From the human T2T-CHM13v2.0 reference genome, Homo sapiens: 64,000 nt of DNA. The DNA lies in the NCBI RefSeq assembly GCF_009914755.1, contig NC_060929.1. The stretch is one strand, 5' to 3'. The first letter of the stretch is position 1; every line of letters starts with the position of its first letter. The translations under genes were made by a program, and so were the position numbers. Positions 42,263-58,894 of the stretch are shown here, piece after piece. The notes under the pieces were generated by a model. That model was given only the letters and a program-made list of their open reading frames with translations, had not been told where the DNA came from and did no database searches.

Positions 42263-42731
42263 TTTTTTTAATTTTATTATCATACTTTAAGTTTTAGGGT
42301 ACATGTGCACAACGTGCAGGTTTGTTACATATGTATACATGTGCCATGTTGGTGTGCTGCACCTCGTCATTAGTTGGTGTGCTAATTAACTCGTCATTTA
42401 GCATTAGGTATATCTGCTAATGCTATCCCTCCCCCCTCCCCCCACCCCACAACAGTCCCCGGTGTGTGATGTTCCCCTTCCAGTGTCCATGTGTTCTCAT
42501 TGTTCAATTCCCACCTATGAGTGAGAACATGTGGTATTTGGTTTTTTGTCCTTTCGATAGTTTGCTAAGAATGATGGTTTCCAGTTTCATCCATGTCCCT
42601 ACAAAGGACATAAACTCATCATTTTTTATGACTGCATAGTATTCCATGGTGTATATGTGCCACATTTTCTTAATCCAGTCTATCGTTGTTGGACATTTAG
42701 GTTGGTTCCAAATCTTTGCTATTGTGAATAG
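42263..42731 (-). mobile_element. Young L1PA (L1PA3-5-like) 3' end
   Basis: TTTAAGTTTTAGGGTACATGTGCACAACGTGCAGG; perfect 17-bp TSD TTGCATACTAATTTTCT at 42246-42262 and 42732-42748. Confidence 0.96.
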
Positions 42732-42852
42732 TTGCATACTAATTTTCTACCTTGAACCTTGCTGAAATTATTAGTTCTAATTTTTTTAATGGATTTCTTA
42801 AGATGATTCTGCTATTTTTAACAGAAAAAAAAAGTTTCTTTAAGAAAATGGA

Positions 42853-43165
42853 GGCCTAGCATGGTGGCTCACACCTGTAATCCCAGCACTTTGAGAGGCC
42901 AAGGTGGGCAGATGACTGGAGGCCCGGAGTTTGAGACCAGTCTGGGCATCATGGCGAAACCCAGTCTCTACTAAAAATACAAAAAATTAGCCAAGCATGG
43001 TATTGCATGCCTGTGATCCCAACTACTCGGTGGCTGAGGCACGAGAATCACTTGAACCTAGGAGGAGGAGGTTGTAGTGAGCCGAGATCACACCGCTAAA
43101 CTCCAGCCTGGGCAACAGAGCGAGAACTTGTCTCCAAAAAAGAAAAAAGAAAAGAAATAGAAGAA
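42853..43165 (+). mobile_element. Alu (old S/J)
   Basis: Full dimer with A-rich tail. Confidence 0.95.
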
Positions 43166-43286
43166 AAGGGGAAAAAAATAATACTTTAAAATATGTGATA
43201 AGGAGCAATTAGAGAATGACATAGTATAGACATGCTTGCATGGAAGTGGCAAAGGATACTGAAACATAAAAGTGTGTTTCAGGTAA

Positions 43287-43620
<334 letters not shown>

Positions 43621-43694
43621 TTAAGAAGTAATTTGAAATCAGATCACAAAGTGCCTTAATAGCCATGCTAAAGAGCTTAGACTTTATTCTATAG

Positions 43695-43845
43695 ACCTGT
43701 GCTTCTCAGACTTTAATGTGCATATGAATCTGTGAAAATGCAGATTGTGATTCAGTAGGTTTGGTGTGAGATTCTACATTTTCATCAAGTTCCAACGTGA
43801 GGCCAATGCTATTGCTCCAATGATCACACTTTGAGGAGCAAAGCT
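43695..43845. mobile_element. MER5A-like MITE inside an L2 remnant
   Basis: GTGCTTCTCAGACTTTAATGTGCATATGAATC...AAAATGCAGATT...CACACTTTGAG. Confidence 0.8.
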
Positions 43846-44068
43846 AGAAGGCAGTGGGAGCCATCGTAAGTTTCAATGCACACATAATTCAGCCAGTTTA
43901 AGAAGGCTGGCTCTGACTACAATGCAAACAGGTACAAGCAATATTAAGAGCCAGTAAAAAACTAGATGTCCTGAATTTCCTTTGAGTTGATATACATAGT
44001 TATGACATGTTCTCCAGTGGTGTCCAAATGCAAAAAAGGGGAAGCAGAGAAACAGAAAGCGAGTTTAC

Positions 44069-44251
44069 CTCATGTAGTACACTAGCTGCCCACCCACTGC
44101 AATCCCCTAGAGTTTTGCCTGAGGAAGGCTGTTTGCTGTATGACTGACTGGACTTTCTAGCTGAGCATCTCAGGGACTCAGAACCTCCAGAGCCAGCCTC
44201 CGATGTGGATCTGCCAAAGTAGTGGTGGTTGTGCATCGTTTCCTTTTGCCC
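44069..44251 (-). other. Candidate exon (183 nt, phase 0/0, open frame), unverified
   Basis: Acceptor TCATTTCTAAAG|GGG, donor GAG|GTAAAC; non-repeat island; no recognisable protein similarity. Confidence 0.25.
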
Positions 44252-44574
44252 CTTTAGAAATGACTATAGTGCAATACGCCAGAATTCCTATTGGGTAGCT
44301 TTGGGCTATCAAAACAGCAGAGAATGTGGGGAAAACAAAGAATGATCTTAAACTCTTTAGAAATGCCAAAGAGTTTGATAATATGCTTAACATTTTTGGT
44401 CCTTTGCCTGCATATGCCTGCTCCATGTCTGTTACAGGCACATTATCTTTGTGTAGCTGAGCAGAACTAAGCCTGCAGTATCTTCTTTTTAGGACCTCAC
44501 TTGAGCTTGCATTTAACATGCCAAGTAATTCTAAACAGGAAAAATAAGGGGAAAAAATGCCACAATACTATCTT

Positions 44575-44912
<338 letters not shown>

Positions 44913-45046
44913 ATAATACTATCTTTTAAAGCAATTTATTTTCCCAAAATTGTAAAAGTACTACTATATCATTGTAAAAATATTAATTGCAGGAAACATA
45001 AAGAAAAAGTAGAAATCAAAGTTATTTACATTTTAACCTCCAATAA

Positions 45047-45334
<288 letters not shown>

Positions 45335-45671
45335 TAAATATTTTGATGTACTTCTTTTCATGTTTTCTTTCTTTCTTTTATAACAGATATTTTGCTTACT
45401 TTTCTTTCCTCTTAATGTCACAAAATGAGCATTTCTTCTGCTGTTATCACTTTTTAAATAAAATATTTTTTTAAATCACTGGTTATAAAGCAAGTTGCAC
45501 TGCCAAGTTTTTCTTAGGAGAATATGTAAAAATTCTCTTTTCCATTTTTTTTGTGTTTTCAATCAAGTAACATGGTATGTAGTTAGGCTTAGAAAATATG
45601 ATTTATGAAGATTATATAATATTCTGTAAAATGGATATTCCACAATTTCATCAATCCACCTTTTTCTTTAA

Positions 45672-46546
<875 letters not shown>

Positions 46547-47121
46547 TAGAATAACCCCACTCCTTAAAAATGGCCCAGATACATCTAAAAGAAACCTGGA
46601 GAATATTTTTGTAATTTTGGAGTAGGGAAGGTCATGGAAGAGAAGACTGATGCATCCATTCACAAATTCACTTAATACATTTGAATGCTAATAGCGTGTC
46701 AGGTATGGCGACAAGCCCTGGGAATACAGTGGTGATGAAACTCTGTCCTTGTGGAATTTATAAACACATTTGACAACATAGATATTGATGACTTCCGAAC
46801 GGCACAAAAAGAAAAACAAATTAAAGACAAAAACAGAAAGTCACAATAAAAATAAAAGACAGCAAATGGAGAAGAAAAATGTGCAGTGCACAATCTAAAG
46901 GGTCTAATTTTCATACCATATACGGAGTTCTTATAAATCAATAAGAAAAAGACAAATAGCCCATTGAAACATGTAGGCAAAGAAAAAGAATAGACAGTCT
47001 ACAAAAAAATAAAAATAGCCAATTAACAAAAGCATTTTCCAACTGCAATGATAATTTGACAAATACAAACTATAAAAAGCCAGATTATTAATATTTATTG
47101 CTGGTGTGAGTAGAAACTTGA

Positions 47122-47438
<317 letters not shown>

Positions 47439-47494
47439 TCTTGGGAAGTAATTTAGAAATGTCTATCAAAATGTGCACAGGTAGATTTGGTGAA

Positions 47495-47600
47495 CTGTTA
47501 ACCCCGTGGCCCGCCTGAGGGGTGTGCTGTCCCTTCTCCGCCTCGGTATAGTAACAGACTGCGAGCATGTGACCTACAGTTCCCCAAGAAAATGTCTTTT
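47495..47600. promoter_or_regulatory. Compact promoter-like motif cluster
   Basis: Five CpGs in ~60 bp; GGCCCGCC 47508-47515; RFX half-site ATAGTAAC 47548-47555; E-box CATGTGAC 47566-47573; ZNF143-like CTACAGTTCCC 47574-47584. Confidence 0.35.
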
Positions 47601-47885
47601 TCTGAGGCTTTAGATCTTAACCGTTAGGATAGAAGAAAGAGTTGGAGTTTACTCATCGCTCAGTGACCCTTGGCCCAAGCTGGCCCTGCTATGAAGGGCA
47701 TTCCTTTGCTTTGTGATTCTGGGCCCCCACTGCTGCAGTGGTTCTTGCCCATCTTCATGGCTGATTCTCCACATTTTTTAGCATCTGTGAGTCCCAACTG
47801 TCCTTCCAGTATGTTCCTTTTTGCTTACGTTAGCAAGAAGGTGTATTGTTGGATTGCAACCCAAAAATTCTCATGCATACACTAA

Positions 47886-48292
<407 letters not shown>

Positions 48293-48593
48293 CTACATTG
48301 GTTTTTAAAATACTATTCACTGCTTATATTTTTATAAGAATTTAAATACAGAAATAAAGAAAAATGGGAGAGTACAGGTAAGCGGAAATTGAGAAAAAAA
48401 TGAGTCACCTGTAATATTACTAACCAGGGAGGACTACTGTCAACAGTTTGGGGCATACACATGCAAATTTGTACGTGTATGCATATGTGAGGTTATATGT
48501 TTGCATGCACAGACACATTTATTTATATACCCGTATATAAAGATGGGCTTTTACCACATTTGGAGAGTTTCTTTGTCAATCAACAATGTATTA

Positions 48594-48885
<292 letters not shown>

Positions 48886-48888
48886 GCT

Positions 48889-49190
<302 letters not shown>

Positions 49191-49289
49191 TCATCAAATA
49201 TTACTAGATTGTTAATGGCACTGAAGTCTTCACTTGCTATAACATAATTTATTGAATTGATACCTTACTATTAATTTTTACGTTATTTC

Positions 49290-51300
<2,011 letters not shown>

Positions 51301-51472
51301 AACAAAGGTTTTATCTTTATGTCTTATCATCCAATCTGTAACTTAAATTGGCTTACAGAGTGAGATAAAGAACTAACTCCTCTCTTCCCTGAATCGATGA
51401 GCTTTTTTCCAAATAGCAGCCTCCATGGAATATTTAGTCACCAAAAAAAGTTAATACAAAAGTACATAACAA

Positions 51473-51770
51473 GCCAGGAGTGGTGGCTCAAGGCCTGTAA
51501 TCCCAGCACTTTGAGAGGCCGCAGCAGGCGAATCACCTGAGGTCAGGAGTTCAAGACCAGCCTGGCCAACATGGTGAAACCCCATCTCTACAAAAATACA
51601 ATAATTAGCTGGGCATGATGGCAGCTGCCTGTAATCCCAACTACTCGGGAGGCTGAGGCAGGAGAATCACTTGAACTGGGGAGACAAGAGGTTGCCATGA
51701 GCCAAGATCACGCCATTGCACTCCAGCCTGCATGACAGAGCAAGATTCCGTCTCAAAAAAAAAAAAAAAA
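51473..51770 (+). mobile_element. AluS
   Basis: Full dimer with A tail. Confidence 0.96.
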
Positions 51771-53149
51771 GTATGTATACACTGTGATTGTAATTATGTA
51801 AAAATATACAAGCATATTGCCAAAGATTAGAAAATAATATATAAAACTGGAAAGCAGTTTTGTAAGAGTGAATTTTTTATGTTTAAATTTTTCTATTTAA
51901 ATTGGTTTTCTTTATAATCTTGTTTTCACAATTAATATAAACTGGATATTGAAGAGTTCATTTTTCCTCAGCACCCTTTTGAATGTAACAGTTTCTTGTA
52001 TTTCACATTATGTACCTAGTGCTTTCAGGTGTTAATTGAGTGGCATTTCCCAAGCTAGACAACCTGGTGCCTGCTTAAAATAAGAGACGAAAAAAGAGAA
52101 ACCCATGTATGCCCTCAAATATTAAATTCTGGAATAGGGACTTCTGTTTGGCTTAAGTCATGCAGTGTTTTTCTCCTTGCCTAAAAATTTGAAACAAATA
52201 TTGTTCTGTGTGCCATGAACATTAAAAGGTTTTGGAAGAATCACAGCTCCTGTTGGCAAACACCTGCCACTCCATGGCCTGAATAAAACTTCCCCATCCT
52301 CTTTCAGGCTGCGTCTCTCTATTTGTCTCTCCCATGACATTTTTAGAAATTTCTATTTCTTTGTTAGTTGAACTCCATGTCTTAGCATCCCTGTCACCCT
52401 CAGGATTACTTCGTGTCATTGCTTTCTTCTCTCAGTCTTCCCTTTTTTTGTTGAAAGCAATTTCCAATACAGATGTGCATAAAGATCCCTGTGTTCCAAG
52501 CAGAATTAGGAGAGGATTCTCTTCCTTTGCAAAAAGGCTGCCATGCTATTGCCATTGAGGAACATCTTATCCTACGTTGGGTGAAGTAGAAGCAGAATGG
52601 GATACAATTATTATTATCTGTGTCAAAGAGAGTGGTGGATTTTCTAAAGTGCTCAGGATAGATAAAATTGATATGTCAAAGAGTGTTAATAGAATACCTC
52701 AGTGGCCTAGCATCATTTGAACATAAACTAGTTAATGGAAGTAAACTTTCCAGATAACTGAAGATTCTCACTGCCAGTCCAACTATTGTATTTCGGTATA
52801 GTATAGTGATGATCTCACTGCTTGTAAAGTTTAGGGTCATCTGCCCCTGCATTCAATAGCCTCAAACCCCTACACTTTATTAAAATTAGGCCTGCCTTTT
52901 GCCAGACTCTAAGTTGTTCCCTTTTTTCCTATCAGAGTCATCTCTTTCTAGCAGCATCCCACCTCCTTAATTTACTTCTACTCTATCATGGCCTAGAAAC
53001 CAGATGAACACACAATTGCTGAATTGAGTCCCAATGAAAACCTAAGAAAATTCTGGGACATGTTCCTTAGCTGTCCCCTGCTACGGCTTTGGGAGGTCTA
53101 ATGTCTCCTAAAATCTTTCTTCCTTGGTAGGACCGTATAGGAATAACAC

Positions 53150-53350
53150 ACCATTCATTCATTCATTCCTTTGTTCGTTCAATGAAAAATCCATTCACTA
53201 TGCCAGATACTGGACATACACTAGTAACTAGGACAGACGACTAGTCTTTGCATGCAAGAAATTTAAAATCTAGTCCTACAAATGGATATTGTGAATTGAG
53301 CTTCCAAGAGTACCATGAAAGCATGGAACAGGAGAACTTGTCTACATAGG
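53150..53350 (-). mobile_element. L2 3' end
   Basis: (CATT)n followed by CACTATGCCAGATACTGG. Confidence 0.6.
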
Positions 53351-55419
53351 TCAACTGATAATTCAAATTACAAAAAGAAAAAAAAAGTCCTACATTTCAA
53401 AAGGACAAATTTGCTGCCAGGAAACCATAATAGTCCTATTAGAGGCATGAGTCAGAAGCTCTTCAGGGAATAAGTTGTTTCTGGCAGAGGAGGTTGGTTC
53501 TGGAAGCAGGTCCAGTCCCGTGCACAGCTTCACGCTCCAGGGCTGCAGCAAGAGACCGGTCCTCTCACACACACCCACCCACCCCTGCAGCTTCTCTTCA
53601 CACTGAATCTACACAAGCCCGTTTGCTACTGGAGGAAGATATGAATATAGTCGTTGGGGGACTTGAATTTGTACCCATAGCTGGTTGAGCCAGGCAGGAG
53701 AAAGGTACCATGATACATGACTTCCCCAGAGGGTTGCAGGAGTCAGCCAAGGGGTCCTCACTTTCAAGAATAAATAAAATGGAGGAATATAGACTCCTCT
53801 CTGGACAGTTTCAAATTTGAAGAGACAGCTAAGAAAGAGAAGTGTGAAAATTTCCATGAGATGAGTATTTTGGTCGCTGGTAGAAGCATCGAGTTCACAA
53901 TTTAGTTTAGGAAAATCTGAACCAGTATTTCTATTCTTTCCTTACAGTTCCAAATTTTGTGCCAGAAATTGAAAAGACTTACTCTCCTGTGCATCTCCCC
54001 AAACCTCCCACTTTTTGTATGTTTTTGAAAAGATGATAAGCAGTGGGCTTTCCTAATGGTTCCTGACAGTAAGCAGGGCAATGGGCTAAATTATTTAAAA
54101 ATAAGAAAAAACCTGGAAAAATATTTAACAAGCTAACTGGTGGTTTTTGTTGTGTTCCAAAATGAGAGGCATTCAAAAGAAGGGCCTTTCTGCTTCCTAT
54201 TCAAGCAGAAATTCAAGATATCAAGCCCCAAAACAGGGCCCCCGGAGCAGGGAGATGAGGTCACAGCTGACCACATGAGTGGATCTTGTCCAAGAAAACT
54301 CTTTGAAGGTATCCCTTATGGTAACTGAACAGATTGTCCCCTGAGGTTGAAGCAAACACAGATAAAAAACACTCGGGAAAAGCCACTGGCATGGCACAGG
54401 GATGATAAAACGCCTGCTGATTTCAGCTACTCAATGCAGGCTTCAGGCCATTTTTCCTTAACTCAGTCCTATGTTTACCCTAAACTCCAGAACTCTCAGT
54501 TTTGAAGAGTAAGAGGCTGATGGGTGTCCATTCAATCTGCTTATCATGAAAATTACATGAAAGCTTCCTTCTACTTCATAAGAACCCAGGAATTAAAAAT
54601 GCAAATTTAATCAGGGACTCCAGGCTCTCCACTCATCCAGAATAATCTTCCTAAAAAGTCCCTTTCACTACCCATTGCTCAGAAGCCTGCACAGTCCTCT
54701 CAAGTCCGATATAAATGCTTTATAAACAGCCTTGCTGACGTAAGCTTGCTCCTGGGGACACAAGTACTCTGTTCATTTGAGGAAGGTTTCCACATTCTCC
54801 CATGTATCTTGTTGACGTCCATACCTGTGCCTGAGCACAGACTACCCTTCTCTGCTAGGTGCACCTGCTCATCTCCATTTAGGCCTCAAGAGGAACATAA
54901 GTCCTGACTTTTTCATGCAACCCTTTCTCCCATCATTGACAAACACTTGATTTCTACCCAATTTTTCACAGGTATCTTCACATCAGGGAGCGAGGAGCCT
55001 CTGAGATCCACGTAACCCCAAGATCGTGGTGTCTGTGACTTAAAGTAAACATGTGCAGAAAACTAGTTGCCCAAAACCTTGTACAGACTCCAGCATAAGA
55101 AAGACAGGGTATTCACAACCAAACTGTCCCATGCATGTCCAATCTCCCGACCCTCCCAGAATCTTTGGGACATAAAGATTATTAAAGTCTCTAGGGCCAT
55201 ACAAGTGTCAGCCATCAAGCTGATTATACCATAGAGAGAGGTGGTCTGTGGGTTTCCTTCCCTCTCCCATCCTCCCTGACTTGCTTTTGAATAGTTTGCC
55301 TTGAGTTGGTAGTAAAATGTCCACCTTTCTATCTGGGTCTTTTTCCATGAGCTATTCTATCCTTTGCAGTATGTTTTACATCAACCTATATCCACCCCAG
55401 AAGCTGGTATACTTCCAAG

Positions 55420-55760
55420 TTTTTGCCGTTTTTTCACTGTACTTGGAACATCTTTGTCCTCCTCTCCTCCTGGGAAATGTCTCACCAGTCTTTCCAAGGT
55501 TCAGCTCAAATGTAACTTCTTTCTTCATCTTCTCTTTACTTCACTCTTACATAATATTAACTACTCCCTCTTCCCTATCTCCAAGGTATCTTATTCTTTA
55601 CTCTGTTTTAGAACTCATCAATTGTGTATAGTCAATTGTTTATATATCTGCCATTCCCAGCCCCTGGAGAGGAAGAACTAACTTATTCTTTATACCCCCA
55701 GTTCCTGGCCTTGTGCCAAGCACATAGTAGATGTTCTTAATGTATGGAATTGAATGCGAA
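55420..55760 (+). mobile_element. L2 3' part
   Basis: TCAGCTCAAATGTAACTTC...GTGCCAAGCACATAGTAGATGTTCTTAATG. Confidence 0.7.
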
Positions 55761-55999
55761 GTGCCCAGAGGATCTTGAAATGGGCCGGGTGCCACTCTTT
55801 TCCACACAGGTAGAAGAGGTCTAGCCTCGGGCAATATTCTGCTGCTTCTGCTGCTTGCTGGAGGCCCTATTGACTCTCCCATGTCAACACACAGTTTCTT
55901 CCTTCTTATCCCAGCTCTGACACCCACTTCTGGTTCTGCTTATTCTGCAGACCCATTGCAGGCCAGCTTCTCAAATGTTAGTCTTTTGACCCCTCTCTG

Positions 56000-56120
56000 C
56001 ACAAGCCTAAGTACTTGCCTATTATACTTGAGCCTCAGTTTCCTCATCTGATAACCTACTGTTAGCACTGTTGTATAGAGAAAAATGAGATGTGTATATA
56101 AAAAGTGTTTTGTTCTGAAA
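56000..56120 (+). mobile_element. MIR SINE
   Basis: TGAGCCTCAGTTTCCTCATCTG core. Confidence 0.75.
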
Positions 56121-56389
56121 TGTCGAACAATAATGCAACCAAACTTAAGTTTATATTTTAAGGTAAAATATATTTCTAATCCAATAATAGTGATGATGCA
56201 AAAACAACTCACAAACTTGGCATGCAAAGGAGTTGGAACTATGTTTATGTGTGGCCGAATAGATTAAGAAAAAAAAATTATAACAATGTTAGTATGATGG
56301 AAAAAATATAAAAAGTTACTGAATATTAACTTGAAAGTTACTGAATATTACCAGTTTTAAGAATGAGAAATGAAAACCTTTTTTTTTTA

Positions 56390-57125
56390 CATCCTTAAGA
56401 CATCTGATTATTATCTCTCCATAGACACCTCAAATCCAATATGTTCAAAAATAAACTCATTATCTCTTATCCACTCACCCTCCCCCAAACACACTTGCTT
56501 CTATACCTACATTCCTTCTTTTGGCCAGTGCCTCTACTATCCATCAGTCCCTCAAACCTGGAGGACCTACCGCTGACTCCTCACCATCCCTATTCCACCT
56601 GCCCATCCAATTGGTCACCAAGTACCATGGAGTCTAAATGCTAAAATGCCTCTTGATTCTCTCTCCTCTTATACAAACTCATTGACCCACTTTTAGGTGC
56701 TCACAATTTCTCACCTGTTCTGATTCATTTGTGTCCAATTAGATCTTCTGTCTACAGTTCATCCTCCCAAATGCCACTAGAGAGAGCTTCCAAAGACACG
56801 AAGCTTAACAGGCCACTTTAAAGTATTCTAGGACTCCCCAAAACTCCTTAGCATGTCATTCAAATTCTTTCATGATTTCACCTCTGCTTACCTTTCTTTC
56901 AAGTTATACTTTTAAGAGTATTTTCTAATATGGAAAAGTATCTTCTAAAAGTATCTTCTAATTCAGAAAAGTATCTTCTAACATAGAAAACCTTCTTGGA
57001 CCTTCCCAAGGTGAGCTTTCTCCCATACATCCTATAGCATTGTGGGCTCACTTTAATTAGAGCATATGTCTCAAACATTGTCATCTCTAATTAGGTATCT
57101 TCTCCACCAGACTGTACACTTTTTG
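56390..57125 (+). mobile_element. L2 fragment containing a short minisatellite (56914-56996)
   Basis: ACACCTCAAATCCAATATGTTCAAAA...TCAAACCTGGAG; repeated AAAAGTATCTTCTA. Confidence 0.7.
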
Positions 57126-57149
57126 CTTATTCAACTAAGATTTTTACAG

Positions 57150-57261
57150 GAAGATATTAACTGAAATTCTTCCATTGCCTCCTCTTCAAGGCAGGCAGCA
57201 CATGAGTGAAGTGAGAGGAAGTGGAAGAGAACAATGATGGGAATGGAGGAGTAAAGAAGAG
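57150..57261 (+). other. Candidate non-coding exon (112 nt), unverified
   Basis: Acceptor ATTTTTACAG|G and consensus donor GAG|GTGAGT; all three frames closed. Confidence 0.25.
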
Positions 57262-58161
57262 GTGAGTCCCAACGTGGGAGGAAGAAAAGAATAGACCTTG
57301 AGGCTTTTGTTGGTGGATGAAGAGAGAAAAACTCCATACCCAGCAAATGTTTGGCCACGTGACACCAGCAAAAACCAAGGAATTTAACCCTTGATATGAG
57401 TCATCTTAAAACAATACAGACAGCAAGACTACCCACCATGGCCTCTGAAAAAGGCATCTGACTAGACAAGCTTTTGCCTGATGGATGTGGACTAATCCCA
57501 AAGAATGAATGTTTCGTTGTGAATTATGTTTTGACCACATATCAACAGGTGACTGCACTTAAAGGACTTCAGAGGTTTTTAAAGAGGTTTTCAAATATTC
57601 TCATCACAGAACTCTCTAAGGGCAGATATACATTTCAAAAACAACATGCTGAAGAAAACACACATGCTCACACACACACACACTGGCCCAAACATAGTAA
57701 AAAGAGATCACAAAAACAATAACTCTTGGTAAATTTAACCAGTTAGATTAGTTCTTTGTTGACCTCTCTCCACACAAACATGCTACTATTGGTCTTAACA
57801 TCTAACCAAGCCCAAGTTTATATAGTAAGAAATAGGATATTCTAAAATTCCATCTTCTTAGGAATCAGTCTTATACACATGAGGTAGGAATTTTATCTAC
57901 TTAGTAAATGTACTTTTCTCAACCAAACTTTCTGCCCTAAAAGCACCAATATCTATAAAGAACATAATACAGACTATAATTCTAGTGTTATCATTGACTC
58001 AGTTACCTACCACTTTAGATATACCTTATAGCTGTTTTTGTGATTTGCCAACATGGGGTATAAAATAATGCTGAGTCTTTTTAAAATATTTACATTAAAT
58101 AACTCTGAGCTCTACTCTTCTATTGTGAAAATGTATTGCCTCCCTCTTTGGGGTATCTCAC

Positions 58162-58466
58162 CTCCCATACTAAAAGAAAGAATGCAAAGAGGCTTGCTTT
58201 GCTGAAGGCAGCAGTCCTGGTTATTACCCCATGATGGAAGAAAACTGGAAAATATGAGGAGTTCATTCACTGAAGAATGCCAGGCTCTAGTGCAGTTGCT
58301 GCTGGTAAAGTGCTTGTGGAAAGCAGGTAGTTTGATAGTGAGATTCAATCTTTGGTCACTGCTGCAAGAACAGTGGTGATTTATCATACTTGTGCTGGCC
58401 ACCCGTCACTAAAGAAAGGGACCTGGGCACCAATTCACATCAATGCTACTGGTCTGGCAGGAGTTT
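58162..58466 (-). ncRNA. Candidate exon 3 of a spliced lncRNA or decayed gene
   Basis: Acceptor T16-AATTCACCTTAAG|A after an 84-nt intron; donor GAG|GTGAGA (alternative GGG|GTAATA at 58228). Confidence 0.35.
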
Positions 58467-58550
58467 CTTAAGGTGAATTAAAAAAAAAAAAAAAAGACAT
58501 GTAAAAGTCAACAACAGTCACTACACAACAAAGGCACATTTTCTAGTTAC

Positions 58551-58783
58551 CTGGCTCATTCTGAACAATCACACACAGATGTTTTCCAGATGTATGTCCA
58601 CAGTGCCAGGAAGGGTCCATCAGGAGGAACCTTACAGCCTCGGCCACATCCTGAGCTCCCAGCCAGCTCTTTCTTTGATGATCTGGCCTTGGTTCCTTTC
58701 TCTCATAGTGAATGTACACATCTACCAGTTGACCCTCAATCTGAGCCACCTCAATTCATCAGAGATAATCTCTTCATGTTAAT
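58551..58783 (-). ncRNA. Candidate exon 2 (233 nt) of a spliced lncRNA or decayed gene
   Basis: Acceptor CCCTCTGTTTTGCAG|A, donor CAG|GTAACT; unique sequence; all frames contain stops. Confidence 0.45.
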
Positions 58784-58894
58784 CTGCAAAACAGAGGGTA
58801 TTGGTGTCTCCATTCTATTTCTTCTAGAAAGCTCTTTGGTTTTGTGCAAATTGTTCACTCTTACAACCCAGACCCAAATCCTAGCCAAGGAGAA

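Noticed and set aside
42428-42450. G-quadruplex-like C-run (also at 63733-63750)
   Set aside because: Standard G-rich tract of the L1 3'UTR
52222-52558. Exon-like minus-strand segment with ORF MTRSNPEGDRDAKTW...
   Set aside because: The central part resembles a decayed L2; frames are interrupted and the donor is weak
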